Part shown: in pieces, positions 61,447-64,000 of the stretch
Position numbering within the stretch: position 1 is the stretch's first letter
Layout: each line of letters begins with the position of its first letter
NCBI GenBank assembly: GCA_963758525.1
Contig: CAVWVQ010000005.1
Location: 32,001 to 96,000, forward strand
Reading direction: 5' to 3'
Length of the DNA: 64,000 nt
From: an uncultured Phycisphaerales bacterium
GTDB lineage: Bacteria; Planctomycetota; Phycisphaerae; Tepidisphaerales; Tepidisphaeraceae
Translations under genes and position numbers: made by a program
Notes under the pieces: generated by a model
What the model saw: the letters and a program-made list of their open reading frames with translations, nothing else
What the model was told of the DNA's origin: nothing
Databases searched by the model: none

Positions 61447-62193
61447 ATGACTCAAATCGGGCCTGTTCCCAACGAGAACCAGACGACCTCCGGTGCCGAT
61501 CCGATGGCGCACCTGTACCACATGTCTCCGACGGCGGGCGTTGCTACGACCGATTACGCCTCGATCAACAGCGCATCGATCGCGACCATCGTCATCGGCG
61601 CTGCCAGCATTCTGGCGGTCCTCAACCCTTACATGCTGTTCATCCCGTTCGCGGGTCTGATCTGCGGCATCGTCGCCATCCGGCAGATCAGCGACAGCAA
61701 CGGCACGCAAGTGGGCAGGGGGCTGGCGTGGGGAGGATTGCTCCTGAGTCTCGGTCTGGGCGGCGGTGTAACGGCGGTGCAGACAACCAGGCTGCTCCTG
61801 CATCGCTCGGCCGAGCGCGAAATTGCCGCAAAGCTGCAGACGATCGGCCAGCAGATTCGCGACGGGCAATATGATGCGGTTTACGATCAAGCCAGTCCGC
61901 GGCTGCGAAGCCGGGTCCAGCGCGAGGACTTCGATCGTGAAGTCGCGTCGCTGAACGCGGTTCCTCAGTTGGGGAAGCTTGAGTATCTTCGATGGAATGA
62001 TGAGGCGATGGTGTTCGAGGTGAATCCCGACTCCGGCGTCGCGCAGGCGACCGCGATGGCGATGGAAAAGCTGGAGAAGCTTCCCGAGCCGGGGCGGGAA
62101 TTGTTCCTGTTTGTGAACGAATCGGGCAACTGGTCGCTGCTGGACATTCCCAGATTGATCGCGGCGCCGACGCCACGGACGAAGGGTCCGTAG
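61447..62193 (+). CDS. DUF4190-like membrane protein
   Basis: ICGIVAIRQI...GRGLAWGGL TM signature followed by a soluble domain. Confidence 0.65.
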   Translation: MTQIGPVPNENQTTSGADPMAHLYHMSPTAGVATTDYASINSASIATIVIGAASILAVLNPYMLFIPFAGLICGIVAIRQISDSNGTQVGRGLAWGGLLLSLGLGGGVTAVQTTRLLLHRSAEREIAAKLQTIGQQIRDGQYDAVYDQASPRLRSRVQREDFDREVASLNAVPQLGKLEYLRWNDEAMVFEVNPDSGVAQATAMAMEKLEKLPEPGRELFLFVNESGNWSLLDIPRLIAAPTPRTKGP

Positions 62194-62215
62194 TCATGCT
62201 ATCCGTGGCACAATC

Positions 62216-63272
62216 CTATCCGAGTTGAACGCTCTTCCCCGAGTCTGCGCTTTTGTAAATCGCATCCATCATCCGCATCAGCATCACGCCATGTGTCGGC
62301 CCGATCATCGGCTTCTCCGCGCCGGCGATGCAGCGCTTGAAGTGCCGCATCATCGCCGCGTAATGCACGATCTTTGGCAGCTTCAACGGCAGTTCCTTCG
62401 CGTGGCCCTTCTCGTCAAACTTCCGGTAGAGCATCGGGCCGCCCGGCGTGTAGATGTCGATGGCCCCTTCACTGGCGTGAACCCGGCAGACGGTTCCCCG
62501 ATGCTTCGGCGGCTGGTTGATTGCCCAGCTCGCCGCCAATTCCAGCGACCGCCCGTTCGCGAAGCGCAGCAGTGCAAAGCCGCGCTCTCGACGCCTTGGC
62601 CAGTCTCTGCGGATGCGTCGTCCCCTGTGTGCGATTTTCCCGCGATCAGATGATTCGAGGCGACCGCGAACACGCCCTGCGGCTCGGGCTGTCCCATCAG
62701 ATACCACGCTAAATCGAGCATGGGGGCCCCCAGATCGAGCAATGCACCGCCGCCGGAGCGGGCCTTGTCGGTGTACCAGCCGGTGCCGGCGGGGGTGCCG
62801 CGCATGCGCATCCAGGAAGCGCGCACATGCCGCACCTCGCCGATGTAATCCTTTGCGATCGCCTGCTGCGCCGCCTGTTCCGCTCCGCCGAATCGGCGTT
62901 GGGCCGCATAGAGAAGCGTCTTGCCCGATTTCTCCGCGGCCGCCGCCATCTTCTTTGCGTCGCCCAGCGACAGCGCCGGCGGCGTTTCGCAGAGCACATG
63001 CTTGCCTGCCTTTAGCGCCGCTATCGCGGTCGGCGCGTGCAGATCGTTGGGAAGACAGATGCTCACAACATCGATCTTCTCGTCGTCGATGATTTCGCGG
63101 GCATCGTTGCAAACCCGCGCGATGGAGAATTGCGATGCCAGCGCCGGCGCCGGGAGTTGAGCGGATCAGCCACCGCGGCAAGCTGGAACCCGCCCACCGC
63201 GCGATAGCCCTCCGCGTGCCGATGCGCGGGCCAACCTGCTCCGATCAGTCCTGCCCGAATGTTCTGGCTCAC
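62216..63272 (-). CDS. Gfo/Idh/MocA oxidoreductase; frameshifts at ~63135 and ~62585
   Basis: AGLIGAGWPA, SICLPNDLH, GKHVLCETP, GGGALLDLG, IYKSADSGKSV across three frames. Confidence 0.85.
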
Positions 63273-63338
63273 TGAAGTTCCTCCGTGGGCCAGAGGTTAT
63301 AGGGATCGTCGCGCGAGGGTGCAAACGGGTGTTAGAGA

Positions 63339-63540
63339 GAGGCACGAAGGCACGAAGGAGGAGAGGCACGAAGGAGGAGAGGCACGAAGGCACCCGCCGC
63401 GGCGGGTAAACTGCGGCACGAAGGGAAGGAGTCGCCCGCGGCGACTGTGATGCGCTTCGCTTTGCACTCCAATCAATCCGCCGCGCAGCGTCCACCCTTC
63501 GTGCCGCAGTTTACCCGCCGCGGCGGGTGCCTCCGTGCCT
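63339..63540. repeat. Short-unit (GGCACGAA) hairpin element with embedded palindrome
   Basis: 46-bp arms 63380-425 / 63495-540 (1 mismatch); extra AGGCACGAAGG units at 63340-63379. Confidence 0.88.
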
Positions 63541-63597
63541 TTCCCCCGCCTTTCCCCCGCGTTCGCAATTCCTCATATGCAGAGCTATTATCACGTT

Positions 63598-64000
63598 ATG
63601 GCCGCCTTGAGCCGCGAGCAGTTTGTCCAGCAGGTCCTGAAGGTGGTGCCGGCCCGGTTTCCGCTGGTCAAACTGGCGCGTGGCGATCAGTCATTTTCGT
63701 TGCGCGTCAACGGCCATATGGTCTCTCTGGAGAACATTTACCGGGTGGTGGTGCTTCAACCCGACGATTCGAAACATCACATCGAGCGATGGATGGTCGA
63801 GTTGCTCCGCGCGGCAGAGGGCACGCCCGACCGTAATGGGTCCTTTGACGATTTGCGGCCGCGCATCCTGCCGATGCTCCTGCCCGAGTCTGCCGAGGCC
63901 GCTTATCAGCACATCGTCTGGCAGCCGCTGGTGGCCGGACTGCGCGTGGCGTATGCGATCGACAGCGATCGGACGATCGCGTACATCCCCGAGGCACACT
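63598..64000 (+). CDS. DUF1444-like protein (partial, runs off the window)
   Basis: MAALSREQFVQQVL...LENIYR...RILPML...LVAGLRVAYAIDSDRTIAYI; open to the window end. Confidence 0.6.
   Translation, partial: MAALSREQFVQQVLKVVPARFPLVKLARGDQSFSLRVNGHMVSLENIYRVVVLQPDDSKHHIERWMVELLRAAEGTPDRNGSFDDLRPRILPMLLPESAEAAYQHIVWQPLVAGLRVAYAIDSDRTIAYIPEAH

Overview
GC-rich bacterial chromosomal window with gene content typical of Planctomycetota: a DUF1553/DUF1501 pair, PVC-type CxxCH dehydrogenase-like proteins and prepilin/H-X9-DG proteins. Phycisphaerae/Tepidisphaerales is my inference. It carries housekeeping genes (mutL, ispH, miaB, purN, ileS, rsmH, idi, hemC, comM/yifB, tRNA-Ile GAT), a sugar ABC transporter, signalling genes and an MBOAT acyltransferase pair. 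About a dozen genes have single-base frameshifts, most likely uncorrected long-read indels. Mobile or selfish DNA includes a complete 1498-bp ISKra4-like IS (23-bp TIRs, 8-bp TSD), a REP-associated tyrosine transposase inside unusually long nested REP hairpins, two decayed toxin-antitoxin loci and many REP doublets. The most unusual signal is a GxxExxY (PD-(D/E)XK-fold) gene bracketed by two copies of a hairpin built from short tandem repeats. At least six gene-less elements of similar architecture, with different 7-10-nt units, lie in other intergenic gaps. This suggests a nuclease-associated family of repeat-hairpin elements; that link is inference and untested.
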